DNA from: an uncultured virus (IMG/VR IMGVR_UViG_3300022876_000098)
Taxonomy: Duplodnaviria > Heunggongvirae > Uroviricota > Caudoviricetes
IMG/VR virus record: IMGVR_UViG_3300022876_000098
Direction: 5' to 3' (one strand)
DNA length: 64,000 bases
In this document: one piece after another, positions 35,280-45,491 of the stretch
How the letters are laid out: each line of letters opens with the position of its first letter
Position numbering within the stretch: the stretch's first letter is position 1
Made by a program: the position numbers and the translations under genes
The notes under the pieces: generated by a model
What the model saw: only the letters and a program-made list of their open reading frames with translations
Databases searched by the model: none
Told to the model about the DNA's origin: nothing

Positions 35280-36573
35280 GGCACCGGTAAAACTGACGCC
35301 CAAGCAGGCGAACATCTACGTCTGGGGCTTCCAGCGTAATGCGCGCTTCCGTGATGCGGTATGCGGGCGTCGATTCGGTAAGACCTTCCTCGGCAAGGCG
35401 GAGATGCGCCGCGCGGCTCGCCTGGCTGCTGAGTGGGGCGTGAGCGTAGAGGATGAGATCTGGTACGCGGCCCCGACGCAGAAGCAAGCCCGCCGGGTGT
35501 TCTGGCGCCGACTGAAGCAGGCCATCCCGCGAGAGTGGCGAGAGTGCAAGCCGAACGAGTCGGACATGCTGATCACGCTCAAAAGCGGTCACCTGATCCG
35601 CTGCGTGGGTCTGGAGAACTACGACGACCTGCGCGGTTCAGGCCTGTTCTTCGTTCTGGTGGACGAATGGGCGGACTGCAAGTGGGCGGCTTGGGAAGAA
35701 GTCCTGCGGCCGATGCTGTCGACGTGTGAGTACGTGATACCTGACGTCGGCAAGTGCAAGGGCGGCCACGCGCTGCGCATTGGCACCCCCAAGGGCTTCA
35801 ACCACTGTTTCGATACATACCGTGATGGGCAGCCAGACGGCGAGCCCGATCACAAGAGCTGGCTCTACACCTCGTTGCAGGGCGGCAACGTCCCGGCCGA
35901 GGAGCTGGATGCCGCTCGCCGGAAGATGGACCCGCGCACGTTCCGGCAAGAGTACGAAGCCAGCTTCGAGAACTATGCCGGGGTCGTTTACTACACCTTC
36001 AGCCGCAGCGAGAGCCGCACCAGCGAGCGAATCAAGCCGGGCGAGGCCCTGCACATCGGCATGGACTTCAACGTCATGAAGATGGCGGCGGTGGTCTACG
36101 TCGTCAGAGATGGCCTGCCCTTGGCCCTGGATGAGATCCATTCGGTGCGTGACACGCCGGAGATGATCGAGAAAATCAAGGCGCGCTTCCCTGGGCACGG
36201 TATCGCGGTTTACCCCGATGCCAGCGGCCAGAACACCAGCAGCAAGAACGCCAGCGAGTCTGACCTGTCCCTGCTGCGCAAGGCTGGATTCACGGTGATC
36301 GTGGGTACGCAGAACCCTAGCGTCAAAGACAGAGTGAACTCGGTCAATGCAATGCTGCTGAACACCTACGGTGATCGGCGCCTGAAGGTCAACATCGACC
36401 AGTGCCCACAGCTGGCTCTGTGCCTCGAGCGGCAGACCTACGACAAGCATGGCGACCCGGACAAAGACCCGAAGAAGGGGCACGACCACATGAACGACGC
36501 CGCCGGCTACTTCATCGCCAAGCGATACCCAATCAACGTGGAAATGACCATAAGCCAATCCCTGAGAATGTGA
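35254..36573 (+). CDS. terL: Terminase large subunit
   Basis: GRRFGKT, LVDEW, GTPKG, GMDFN, DHMNDA. Confidence 0.95.
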   Translation: MSPLPRTYEAPVKLTPKQANIYVWGFQRNARFRDAVCGRRFGKTFLGKAEMRRAARLAAEWGVSVEDEIWYAAPTQKQARRVFWRRLKQAIPREWRECKPNESDMLITLKSGHLIRCVGLENYDDLRGSGLFFVLVDEWADCKWAAWEEVLRPMLSTCEYVIPDVGKCKGGHALRIGTPKGFNHCFDTYRDGQPDGEPDHKSWLYTSLQGGNVPAEELDAARRKMDPRTFRQEYEASFENYAGVVYYTFSRSESRTSERIKPGEALHIGMDFNVMKMAAVVYVVRDGLPLALDEIHSVRDTPEMIEKIKARFPGHGIAVYPDASGQNTSSKNASESDLSLLRKAGFTVIVGTQNPSVKDRVNSVNAMLLNTYGDRRLKVNIDQCPQLALCLERQTYDKHGDPDKDPKKGHDHMNDAAGYFIAKRYPINVEMTISQSLRM

Positions 36574-36575
36574 CC

Positions 36576-37955
36576 ATGAGCGATAACCCGAGCATCACGC
36601 TGCCAGCAGTCAACGCGATGCGTGAGTACTGGGCTGTGATCTCTCCGCTGATGGGCGGCACCATGGCCATGCGGGCCGCGGGTAAGTGCCTGCTCCCGCA
36701 GTATCCGGCCGAGGCCGACGATTCCTACCAGGAGCGCCTAAGGCTCTCGACCCTGCTGCCGGCCTATTCCGAGACGGTCGGCAACATGACTTCCCGCGTG
36801 TTCGCTGAGCCGCTGCAGATTGGCGACGATGTTCCAGATGACATCGTGGAAATGACCAAGGATATCGACTGTGCGGGCAACGACCTGAACTCCTGGGCGG
36901 TTGGCTTCTTCAGCGAGGGCATGAGCCACGGGCTTTGCCACGCGTTCGTTGACCACCAGCGCGCCGACCAGGTGAAGACGAAGGCCGAAGAGAAGGCCGC
37001 AGGCGTTCGCCCCTATGTCGTGCTGGTTAAGCCCGAGCAGGTGCTGGGCTGGCGGTCCAAGAACGGCGTGCTCACCATGATCCGCTTCCTCGAAGTGGTT
37101 GAGGAAGAAGACGGCGAGTTCGGCGCGATTTGCGTCGAGCAGATCCGTGTTTTAGAGCCTGGCGCATGGCGAATCTATCGCCGGAAGGAAAAGGGCGGCG
37201 AGTTCGTCATCCATGACGATGGTGTGAACAGTCTGACCCATATTCCATGGGTTACCTTCTACACCGGTCGCACTGGCTTCATGACCGCCAAGCCGCCGAT
37301 GCTGGAGCTGGCGCACCTGAACGTGAAGCACTGGCAGAGCCAGAGCGATCAGGACAACATTCTCCACGTCATCCGCGTGCCTATCCTAGTGCGCATCGGC
37401 GTGCAGATGAGCTTCAATGACCAGGGCGTCCCGGTATCTCCTGAGTTCAAGGTCGGCACCGGCTCGCTGACTGACCTGCCGAAAGACGGCAACCTCAAAT
37501 ACGTAGAGCATACCGGCCAGGCTGTCGAGTCCGGGCGCACTGCTTTGCAGGACCTGATCAACGAGATGCGCATGGCCGGCGCCAAGCTGCTCACGCCTGA
37601 CAAGTCCGCGACCAAGACCGCGACTCAGGCGGAAGAGGAGGCAGCTCAGGAGTTGTCGCCTCTGGCCCGTGTGGCTCATCACTTCGCCGACTGCCTGGCC
37701 CAACTGCTGCAGTACATGGCTGACTACCGCTCTCTCGGCGATGGCGGCACTGTCGAGATGCGAGGCAACTTCGACGTTGACTACATACCAGAGGTGTCGC
37801 TCCCGACGCTGGTCTCCATGGCGAACGCAGGCATGATCTCCAAGGAGACGCTATTCACCGAGATGCAGCGCCGCGGCGTGATCAGCGATGAATACGACTG
37901 GGAAGACGAACTGGCCAAGATTGAGGCTCAGGGCCCGGCCCTCGGTACGCTGTGA
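36576..37955 (+). CDS. Portal protein (DUF4055-like)
   Basis: Position; LMGGT..YQERL..PPMLELAHLNVKHWQSQSD. Confidence 0.88.
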   Translation: MSDNPSITLPAVNAMREYWAVISPLMGGTMAMRAAGKCLLPQYPAEADDSYQERLRLSTLLPAYSETVGNMTSRVFAEPLQIGDDVPDDIVEMTKDIDCAGNDLNSWAVGFFSEGMSHGLCHAFVDHQRADQVKTKAEEKAAGVRPYVVLVKPEQVLGWRSKNGVLTMIRFLEVVEEEDGEFGAICVEQIRVLEPGAWRIYRRKEKGGEFVIHDDGVNSLTHIPWVTFYTGRTGFMTAKPPMLELAHLNVKHWQSQSDQDNILHVIRVPILVRIGVQMSFNDQGVPVSPEFKVGTGSLTDLPKDGNLKYVEHTGQAVESGRTALQDLINEMRMAGAKLLTPDKSATKTATQAEEEAAQELSPLARVAHHFADCLAQLLQYMADYRSLGDGGTVEMRGNFDVDYIPEVSLPTLVSMANAGMISKETLFTEMQRRGVISDEYDWEDELAKIEAQGPALGTL

Positions 37956-39040
37956 TGAGTACGGCTAATGAGCAGTTGCTGAACGAACTGATCGGGCATG
38001 AGGTTGATCTGTCCAGGCTGAGCAACAGTCAGGTCGTGACGATCATCAAGATCTTGAACAACAAGGATGCCGACCTCCGGGCAGCCTTGATCGAGGCGAT
38101 CGACAACCTGGACGCCGACCTGTCGGCCTCGGCCGTAGATTTTGCCCTGTCAGCGGTGCTTCGGATCAACCAGCAGACCTTCGTCGAGATCCGCCTGGCG
38201 ATGGACCGGATAACCGACGGGCTGATCAGCTACGAACTTGCATTCCAGCAGAGCGCGCTTCGCGCGGCTCTACCGGCGCTGGTGCAGGAGGCATACCCCG
38301 TTGTGTCGCCGGCGTTCAGCGCGGTGAAAGCAATCGCTCAGGCGCGGCCATTCCAGGGGCGCTTGCTCAGGGAGTGGATGGCTGGCATTGAGTCCAGCCG
38401 TGCAGCCACAGTGCGCGACGCGGTGCGTGCGGGTGTGGTCGAGGGGCGTACTACTGCCGACATCGTTCGCACGGTCATGGGCAGCCGGGCTCAGCAATAC
38501 GCAGATGGCTCGCTCCAGAAGGCCAGGCGCGACGTTGAGGCGGTTGTGCGATCTGCGGTATCCCATACGGCCGAATCGGCCAGTGACGCAGCGTACGAAG
38601 CCAACAGCGACATCATTAGCCATGTCGAGTGGCTCAGTACATTGGACAACCACACGTCGTCCGACTGCCGAATCCGTGACCGCCTGCCGTACACGCTGGG
38701 AACCTACAAGCCCATTGGGCACCAGGTTCCCTGGCTGGCCGGCCCCGGGCGCATCCACTTCTGCTGCCGATCCTCCAAGGTTCCTGTGCTCAAGAGCGCC
38801 AAGGCCCTGGGCTTCAGCGACGGAGCAACGCGGGCGAGCATGGACGGCCAGGTGCCGGAGTCAACCACCTATGCCGAATGGCTTGGGAAGCAGTCGGCAG
38901 CTCGTCAGGACGAGATCCTCGGGCCTGAGCGCGGCAAGCTGATGCGCCAGGGCAAGCTCAAGCTCAAAGACTTCTACAACGACAAGGGCAAGTTTCTTAC
39001 TCTTGAGGAACTGCGCAGCCGTATGACTGGTGCCTTATAA
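37955..39040 (+). CDS. Minor head morphogenesis protein (gpF/gp7-like)
   Basis: WLSTLD..C..D..HFCCRS. Confidence 0.85.
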   Translation: MSTANEQLLNELIGHEVDLSRLSNSQVVTIIKILNNKDADLRAALIEAIDNLDADLSASAVDFALSAVLRINQQTFVEIRLAMDRITDGLISYELAFQQSALRAALPALVQEAYPVVSPAFSAVKAIAQARPFQGRLLREWMAGIESSRAATVRDAVRAGVVEGRTTADIVRTVMGSRAQQYADGSLQKARRDVEAVVRSAVSHTAESASDAAYEANSDIISHVEWLSTLDNHTSSDCRIRDRLPYTLGTYKPIGHQVPWLAGPGRIHFCCRSSKVPVLKSAKALGFSDGATRASMDGQVPESTTYAEWLGKQSAARQDEILGPERGKLMRQGKLKLKDFYNDKGKFLTLEELRSRMTGAL

Positions 39041-39070
39041 TCCTGGCTTTTCCTGGCCTAGGTAGATCTG

Positions 39071-39658
39071 ATGAAGGTTGTATCAGTATTGATTGCTGTC
39101 ATGGTTGTCGGTGTCTTGTCTGCGCTTGCAGGTCTGACGGCCGGCATTAACTTCAATCCTCAGTCCACGGTAAAATTTGTGCCCGACTGGGGAAGTCTTG
39201 GTGACTGGGTTTCAGGTGTAGGCGCATTTGGTGCTATCTGGGTGGCATTGGCGCTGGCAAACAAGCAGCGGAGCCAAGAGCTTCCAGATCTGCGATTCTC
39301 CATGTCGGGTAAATATACGTTTACACTCGTCAATCATGGAAAGCTCCCAGTCATGGTGAATGCTCACAACGTAATTCTGTCTAACCCTAAGGGCGGGGGA
39401 TCGTTCTGGTTTGGACCTGACTGTCTGTCTAATGATCCTCAGGTGGTAGAGCTGGCGTTTGGGCAGCAAGTGTCTTTCAAGTACTCGGAAGATGTGCTGG
39501 GGCACATTGTAGATTGGATTAATAGTAGTTGTGGCGGTAATTTCCAAGATATGAGGTTTATTGTTGGTACGCCGACCAAGGCCTTTGATTTTCCAGCCGA
39601 TGATTACTTGATTAATCATATAAGATTTGAAATGAAAAAGTCTCCTTTGACTAAATAA
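39071..39658 (+). CDS. AT-rich membrane protein (moron)
   Basis: Two TM segments, WGSLGDWVSG; followed by a terminator at 39677-39704. Confidence 0.7.
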   Translation: MKVVSVLIAVMVVGVLSALAGLTAGINFNPQSTVKFVPDWGSLGDWVSGVGAFGAIWVALALANKQRSQELPDLRFSMSGKYTFTLVNHGKLPVMVNAHNVILSNPKGGGSFWFGPDCLSNDPQVVELAFGQQVSFKYSEDVLGHIVDWINSSCGGNFQDMRFIVGTPTKAFDFPADDYLINHIRFEMKKSPLTK

Positions 39659-39775
39659 GTAGTTGAATCCTTGATGAGGCCCTACCTACGTAGGGCTTTT
39701 TTTTGCCCGCAGTTCGGATGGACGGGGCGCAATAGGGCCGGATGGCCTGCGATGGGCGGATGCCCGGAGACCGAT

Positions 39776-40564
39776 ATGAAACTGAAGCTCGATGACCAAG
39801 GCCATGTTGTTGTTCAGGATGGCAAGCCCGTCTACATCTACGACGACGGTAAGGAACTGCCCTTCGATGCGGCTGGTACCGCCGGGACCATCTCCCGCCT
39901 GAATGGGGAGGCGAAGTCCCATCGCGAGCGTGCCGAAGCTGCCGAGGGCAAGCTGAAGCTGTTCGATGGTATCGAGGATGGCGAGGCCGCCCGCAAGGCG
40001 CTGGAGACCATCAAGAACATCGACGAAGGCAAGCTCATTGCCGCCGGCAAGGTCGAAGAGATCAAGCTTGCAGCCCAGAAGGCCGCACAGGACCAAGTGG
40101 CTGCTGCCAGCAAGACGCATACCGAAGAGCTCGCCAAGGCTCAGCAAGGCCTGGCACAGCGCGACCAGACCATCCACAACCTGCTCATCGGTGGCTCGTT
40201 CAAGGGCTCCAAGCTCATCAGCGAGAAGTTCGCCATTCCGGCCGACATGGTGGAGTCCCACTTCGGCAAGGCCTTCATGGTCGAGGAAGGCAAGGTCGTG
40301 GCCTACGGCGACGACGGAAACAAGATTTTCTCCCGGGTTCGCGCAGGCGAGCTCGCAGACTTCGACGAGGCGCTGGAAACCCTCGTCGAGCGCTACCCGC
40401 ACAAGGACTACATTCTGAAAAGTTCAGGTGCTAATGGCGGTGGTGCACAGCACGGCGGCAATGGCCAGACCGGCAAGAAGTCCGTCACCCGCCAGCAGTT
40501 CGACCAGATGAACCCCGCCGAGAAGTCCGCATTTGCTGGCTCCGGCGGCATCGTCACCGAATAA
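39776..40564 (+). CDS. Capsid scaffolding protein
   Basis: Coiled coil, G-rich linker, position before the capsid gene. Confidence 0.8.
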   Translation: MKLKLDDQGHVVVQDGKPVYIYDDGKELPFDAAGTAGTISRLNGEAKSHRERAEAAEGKLKLFDGIEDGEAARKALETIKNIDEGKLIAAGKVEEIKLAAQKAAQDQVAAASKTHTEELAKAQQGLAQRDQTIHNLLIGGSFKGSKLISEKFAIPADMVESHFGKAFMVEEGKVVAYGDDGNKIFSRVRAGELADFDEALETLVERYPHKDYILKSSGANGGGAQHGGNGQTGKKSVTRQQFDQMNPAEKSAFAGSGGIVTE

Positions 40565-40666
40565 CCGCTGGCAAACAGTCCATGCCGTGCCCCTGGATAG
40601 GGGGCGGCGCTTGGGTCGGATGACCCGTATTCACAAAACCCAAACGCCGATCCTTAGGAGATCCAA

Positions 40667-41821
40667 ATGGCTAACACCCTTACTGGCCTGATCCCAACCC
40701 TCTACAACGCGCTCGATGTCGTGTCGCGCGAGTTGGTTGGCTTCATCCCTGCCGTGTCCTCGGACATGACCTTCGAACGTGCTGCGCTCGGTCAGACTGT
40801 TACCTCTCCGGTAACCAACGGCGCGACCGCTAGCGACATCGTCCCAGCGGTAACCCCGCCAAATGACGGCGACCAGCAAATCGGCCAGGTCTCGATGACC
40901 ATCAACAAGGCCCGACGCGTGCCGATTCGCTGGAACGGCGAGGAAAAGCTGGGCCTCGACAACAACGGCGCCTCGTTCAACGTCATTCTGCGTGACCAGA
41001 TGGCCCAGGGCATGCGCACCCTGGTCAACGAAGTCGAGGCTGACCTGGCTGCGGTGGCCGTGAACGCCTCGCGCGCCTACGGCACTGCTGGCACAACCCC
41101 ATTTGCCACCAACCTGGCTGACAGCGCCCAAATGCGCCGCATCCTCTCCGACAACGGTGCTCCGCTTGGCGACCTGCAGATGGTGATCGACACCTCCGCC
41201 GGCGCGAACATGCGGACCTTGACCCAACTGTCGAAGGCGAACGAAGCAAACGACGACAGCCTGCTGCGCCGCGGTGTGCTGCTGGATGTGCACGGCTTCG
41301 CTATCCGCGAGTCGGCCCAGGTGAAGACCCCAATCATTGGCAGCGCTGCTTCCGCGACCACCAACACTGCCGGCTATGCCGTCGGTACCACCGCCATCGT
41401 CCTGGCCTCGGCCGGTACCGGCGGTGTTGTGGCTGGCGACATCATCACCTTCGCCAGCGACAGCAACAAATACGTCGTCGCCGCAGGCGATACCGATGTT
41501 TCCAACGGCGGCACTATCACCCTGGCTGCTCCTGGCCTGCGAAAAGCCATCCCGGCCGCCGCCACTGCGCTGACCGTCGTATCGGCCAGCACCCGTAGCG
41601 CAGCATTTGCCCGCTCGGCGATCGCACTGGCTACCCGTGCACCGGCTCTGCCACCTCAGGGCGACTCGGCAATCGACCGCATGCTGATCACTGACCAGGT
41701 CAGCGGCCTGACCTTTGAAGTGGCGATGTACGCCCAATACCGCCAGATGCAGTACGAAGTGTCGCTGGCCTGGGGCACCAAGGCGGTCAAGTCCGAGCAC
41801 ATCGCCAGCCTGCTGGGCTGA
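40667..41821 (+). CDS. Major capsid protein (P22 coat-like)
   Basis: MANTLTGLIP..VVSRELVGFIP; position. Confidence 0.9.
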   Translation: MANTLTGLIPTLYNALDVVSRELVGFIPAVSSDMTFERAALGQTVTSPVTNGATASDIVPAVTPPNDGDQQIGQVSMTINKARRVPIRWNGEEKLGLDNNGASFNVILRDQMAQGMRTLVNEVEADLAAVAVNASRAYGTAGTTPFATNLADSAQMRRILSDNGAPLGDLQMVIDTSAGANMRTLTQLSKANEANDDSLLRRGVLLDVHGFAIRESAQVKTPIIGSAASATTNTAGYAVGTTAIVLASAGTGGVVAGDIITFASDSNKYVVAAGDTDVSNGGTITLAAPGLRKAIPAAATALTVVSASTRSAAFARSAIALATRAPALPPQGDSAIDRMLITDQVSGLTFEVAMYAQYRQMQYEVSLAWGTKAVKSEHIASLLG

Positions 41822-41880
41822 TACCGAAACCGGTTGCGGCTGGCGCTGCGTGCGCTGGCCCACCTCTCCAGGAGAAGTTC

Positions 41881-42225
41881 ATGAGCAACAAGACCCTGAA
41901 AGTAAAGCCATGGGGCGAAGGTCAAGGCGATTTCGTTGTGATCAACGAGGCGGACTTTGATCCGGACCTGCATGACCTGCTGGGCGAGGCTGAGAAGCCC
42001 GGCAAGGCCCCGAGCATCGACGACATCCGTGCAGCCCTGACCGGACGAAACATCCAGTTCGATCCCAAGGCCAAGAAGCCGGAGTTGCAGAAGCTGCTCG
42101 ATGACGCGATCGCGGCTGAAGAGTTGGTCACCAAGCTGAAAGCGGCCCTCACCGAGAAGGGCGTCCCGTTCGGCGATGAAGCCAGCCTGGAAGACCTGCA
42201 GAAGCTGCTGGGCGAGGCCGAGTAA
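41881..42225 (+). CDS. HeH/LEM-like repeat protein
   Basis: Two repeats of LxxxL..xxF..A...LQKLL. Confidence 0.65.
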   Translation: MSNKTLKVKPWGEGQGDFVVINEADFDPDLHDLLGEAEKPGKAPSIDDIRAALTGRNIQFDPKAKKPELQKLLDDAIAAEELVTKLKAALTEKGVPFGDEASLEDLQKLLGEAE

Positions 42226-42596
42226 TGACCACCTACATCACCGTCGAGCAGGTAGACGCCCTGCTTGGGCAGGCCTGGGCGCCCGACGACCAGAAAGCCC
42301 GGGCGGTGCTGATGGCCAACACCTGGCTGACGAACCTCCGTCTCCCTTCGTTCGATCCGGTGCCGGATGCCGTCGTGCAGGCCGGTGCTGAGATTGCCCG
42401 GGAGGCGGCTGCCGGCAACATCTACGGCACAAAGGAGACCGGCGTGCTGAGCAAGTCGGTCAACGCCGACGGCGTGTCCAGCAGCAAGACGTTCTCCCAG
42501 TCGTCTCGCAAATTTAGCGCTGGTGAGTCATTTGCCCTTGCACTGCTGGCGCCATATCTGAACAACACTGGCCAGACTAAGGTTGTGAGGAGCTGA
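42225..42596 (+). CDS. Head-tail adaptor
   Basis: Position; YITVEQVD. Confidence 0.7.
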   Translation: MTTYITVEQVDALLGQAWAPDDQKARAVLMANTWLTNLRLPSFDPVPDAVVQAGAEIAREAAAGNIYGTKETGVLSKSVNADGVSSSKTFSQSSRKFSAGESFALALLAPYLNNTGQTKVVRS

Positions 42597-42597
42597 T

Positions 42598-42984
42598 ATG
42601 GGGCTTCGCGATGAACTACAGGCCGACCTAGCCGAGGCGTTCGATACAGACCTTGCCGATGCGGTTTCGGCGGTTGAGGGTAGTAGGTCGGTGGCGGGCA
42701 CGTATGACCCGGTAAAGGGCGGCAGTACGCCGGCCGCAACCCTGTCATACGCCGGCCGCGGCGTCTTTGGGCAGTACCAAGCCCGCGAGGTCGACGGCAC
42801 GCGCATCTTGACCTCGGACGTGCGCCTCAAGGCCCTGCAGAACGAACTGCTCTTGAGGGATGGCGAGCAGATCACTGATATCCCCGCCACTCCTGCCATC
42901 GGCGATCGCATCAGCGGCTATCGGGTCATGAACGTGGGGCAGGACGCGGCCAAGGCCACTTGGACCATCCAACTGAGGAAGTGA
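42598..42984 (+). CDS. Head closure protein
   Basis: GTYDPV..D.TRI..D; position. Confidence 0.7.
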   Translation: MGLRDELQADLAEAFDTDLADAVSAVEGSRSVAGTYDPVKGGSTPAATLSYAGRGVFGQYQAREVDGTRILTSDVRLKALQNELLLRDGEQITDIPATPAIGDRISGYRVMNVGQDAAKATWTIQLRK

Positions 42985-42986
42985 CC

Positions 42987-43658
42987 ATGGCCCGCGGCTC
43001 ACACATGACAGACCGCTATGGCGGGCTGGATGGAAGCTTCGCTGCTCAGCTACAGCAGTTCGCCGAGCAGGCAAAAGAGGCAATGGACCTGACCTTTCGT
43101 GAAGTCGTGATCATGGTTGGTCGAAGGCTGGTGACTATGTCGCCGGTCGGCAATCCGGACCTCTGGAAGGTCAACATAGAGGCTCAGGGCAGTGCATCGG
43201 AGAAGATTGCGGCGTACAACTCCAGGGCCGAAGCCATCAATGCCAGTATCACGTCGAACCCCGGCAACTACACCAAAAGTGGAAACCTCAAGGAAGGACT
43301 TCGCCTTCGTAAACCACTCACCAAGCGTGAACAGCGCGAAAACTTCGGGTTTGGCGTTCGAAGCGTTGGCCAGGGCTATGTCGGTGGCCGATTTCGCAGC
43401 AACTGGCAGCTTTCTACTGGTGTTCCAGCAGTTGGCGAGATTGAGGATATCGAAAGCGCGGGTGAGACCCTGGACAGGATCATCGCTGCAGCTGGTGACC
43501 TGAGCGCAGGCGAGGTCGCATTCATCGTAAACAACCTGCCATATGCCATCCCCTTGGAATACGGCCATAGCACCCAGGCTCCGGCCGGCATGGTCCGTGT
43601 CACCGTCGCCGATTTCCAGCGGATCGTAGAAGCAGCCATTAGGACCCATCGAGTATGA
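42987..43658 (+). CDS. Neck protein (HK97 gp10-like)
   Basis: SPVGNP, GGRFRSNW, NNLPYAIPLEYGHSTQAP. Confidence 0.8.
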   Translation: MARGSHMTDRYGGLDGSFAAQLQQFAEQAKEAMDLTFREVVIMVGRRLVTMSPVGNPDLWKVNIEAQGSASEKIAAYNSRAEAINASITSNPGNYTKSGNLKEGLRLRKPLTKREQRENFGFGVRSVGQGYVGGRFRSNWQLSTGVPAVGEIEDIESAGETLDRIIAAAGDLSAGEVAFIVNNLPYAIPLEYGHSTQAPAGMVRVTVADFQRIVEAAIRTHRV

Positions 43659-44083
43659 GCCATGCACGAGCCCGTCAGGCCATCGAGATAAAGCTGATGG
43701 CCTGGGCAGCGGCGCGCCCGATCCGGGTCGCGAACTTCGAGCAGGGTTTCGAGGCCTTGCCGGGAGAAACATACCTGCAGGCTTACCAGCTGCCTGGGGA
43801 AACCACCTGCCGTTACTTGGGTGGCGAGGCCTACGAGTACACCGGAATCTACCAAGTCAGTATCACCTGCCCGGCGGGCCAGGCCTTGGCGACCGCCGAA
43901 TCGCTGGTAGATGAGCTCAGCGCCCTGTTCCATGTCGACTCTAAGCTCAGCCGCAACGGCTTCGAGGGAATGGTCACCGAGCCAGTTGACCAAGGCCCAA
44001 GCATCCCCGAGTCGGCGACCTACACGGTGCCGGCCAGCTTCACCTACCGCGGTGTCGCGGACCAATCGCCCGCTGGGGCATAA
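43655..44083 (+). CDS. Tail terminator protein
   Basis: Position; GIYQVSI. Confidence 0.75.
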   Translation: MSHARARQAIEIKLMAWAAARPIRVANFEQGFEALPGETYLQAYQLPGETTCRYLGGEAYEYTGIYQVSITCPAGQALATAESLVDELSALFHVDSKLSRNGFEGMVTEPVDQGPSIPESATYTVPASFTYRGVADQSPAGA

Positions 44084-44121
44084 CCAACCGCCGCCTGGCG
44101 GGCTATCAAGAGGAAACAACC

Positions 44122-44781
44122 ATGGCCGCACGCTTCCCGCTGCCGAACGGCTCCGTGCTGGAAATCGCCAGCGTACTCGCCGCTGCCGTAGCCTTCACCG
44201 CTCTAACCAACGCTGCGCCGCCTGTGGCCAGCGCTGCAGGACACACCATCAAGAACGGTGATGTTCTTGTCGTCAGCTCAGGTTGGTCGCTGATCAACGA
44301 CCGCGCTGTTCGCGCGGCCAGTGTTGCCGCTGACAAGTTTTCGCTGGCCGGGCTGAACACCACCAACACCGATAAGTACACGGCCGGGGCGGGTGTGGGC
44401 TCTGTTATCCCGGTGACCAACTGGGCTCAGATCTCGAAGGTGACCGCTTTCACCTCTTCGGGAGGTGAGCAGCAGTACCTCACGGTAGGGTACCTGGAGG
44501 ACGACGACGATCGCCAGTTCCCCACCAATCGCAACCCGATCACGCTGTCGATCACTGTCGAGGATCAGCCTGCGGCTGCCTACGTGGGCCTGGTCGAGGC
44601 CTATGGCGATAGCAAGGAACTGACCGTGGTGCGCCTGAAGTTGCCAAATGGCGACCAGATCCTCTATCCGGGTTACGTGAGCATCACCACCACCCCAACG
44701 ATGGAGCGTAACAACCTCATGACCCGCACCATCAGCATCGCGCTGTCGGGACGTCCGGTCCGTTACTTGGCCGGCGCATAA
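44122..44781 (+). CDS. Tail tube protein
   Basis: LPNGS..SGGEQQY..LED. Confidence 0.85.
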   Translation: MAARFPLPNGSVLEIASVLAAAVAFTALTNAAPPVASAAGHTIKNGDVLVVSSGWSLINDRAVRAASVAADKFSLAGLNTTNTDKYTAGAGVGSVIPVTNWAQISKVTAFTSSGGEQQYLTVGYLEDDDDRQFPTNRNPITLSITVEDQPAAAYVGLVEAYGDSKELTVVRLKLPNGDQILYPGYVSITTTPTMERNNLMTRTISIALSGRPVRYLAGA

Positions 44782-44790
44782 GGAGCCCCC

Positions 44791-45174
44791 ATGGCGAAGA
44801 TCAAAATCGCGCAGGACCCGACGTTCACTGCCGAGGTGCAGGTTCCTCGAATCGGTGGAGAGCCAGTGCCGGTGGAATTCGAGTTCCGCTATATGGATCG
44901 CGTGACGCTGGCCGGCATGTTTGATCGCTGGAACAAGGCTCGCGACGCTTGGGCGGAGCAGGCTAGGGTCGACAACGCTACGTGGGAAGAGGTGACCGCT
45001 GGCGAAATCGCTCTGCAGGCCGAGCAACTGGGCGAAATCGTCACAGGATGGGACTTGGAGGACAAGTTCAGTCAGAAGGCGATCCTCGAGCTGGTCCGTA
45101 CCTGCACGGGTGCGCCTAAGGCCGTCATCGACGCCTTCCAAGCTGCTTACAGCCCGGCCCGATTGGGAAACTGA
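44791..45174 (+). CDS. Tail assembly chaperone (G analogue)
   Basis: Ends with slippery GGGAAAC-TGA. Confidence 0.85.
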   Translation: MAKIKIAQDPTFTAEVQVPRIGGEPVPVEFEFRYMDRVTLAGMFDRWNKARDAWAEQARVDNATWEEVTAGEIALQAEQLGEIVTGWDLEDKFSQKAILELVRTCTGAPKAVIDAFQAAYSPARLGN

Positions 45175-45488
45175 GGGCGGCGGCCCGGGCCTGTTATGAG
45201 CGTGGGCCATCTGCCGAGCAACTGGCCCCGCTGGGGCTGACCCTGGCGGACATCCCTGAAGAGGAAGTGGAGGTTTGGCCAGACGCTTGGCCAGCCTTTC
45301 GGCTGTTCGACGCGATGGGCACGCAGTGGCGGGTTGGAACGGGCGGCCCGTCTGGCCTGGACTACTCAGCCATCCCCGCAACAGCCTCGATGCTCGGCAT
45401 CAAGCGCCGCGACCTCACCGACATTTTTCCCGATCTCCGCGTCATGGAGGTTGAGGCCTTGGCCGTCATGGCCGAATCCATGGAGTAG
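45171..45488 (+). CDS. Frameshift extension of the tail chaperone (T analogue, DUF1799-like)
   Basis: The -1 frame is open from the slippery site: KLRAAARACY..VWPD..TQWR..GLDY. Confidence 0.8.
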   Translation: MRAAARACYERGPSAEQLAPLGLTLADIPEEEVEVWPDAWPAFRLFDAMGTQWRVGTGGPSGLDYSAIPATASMLGIKRRDLTDIFPDLRVMEVEALAVMAESME

Positions 45489-45491
45489 ATC

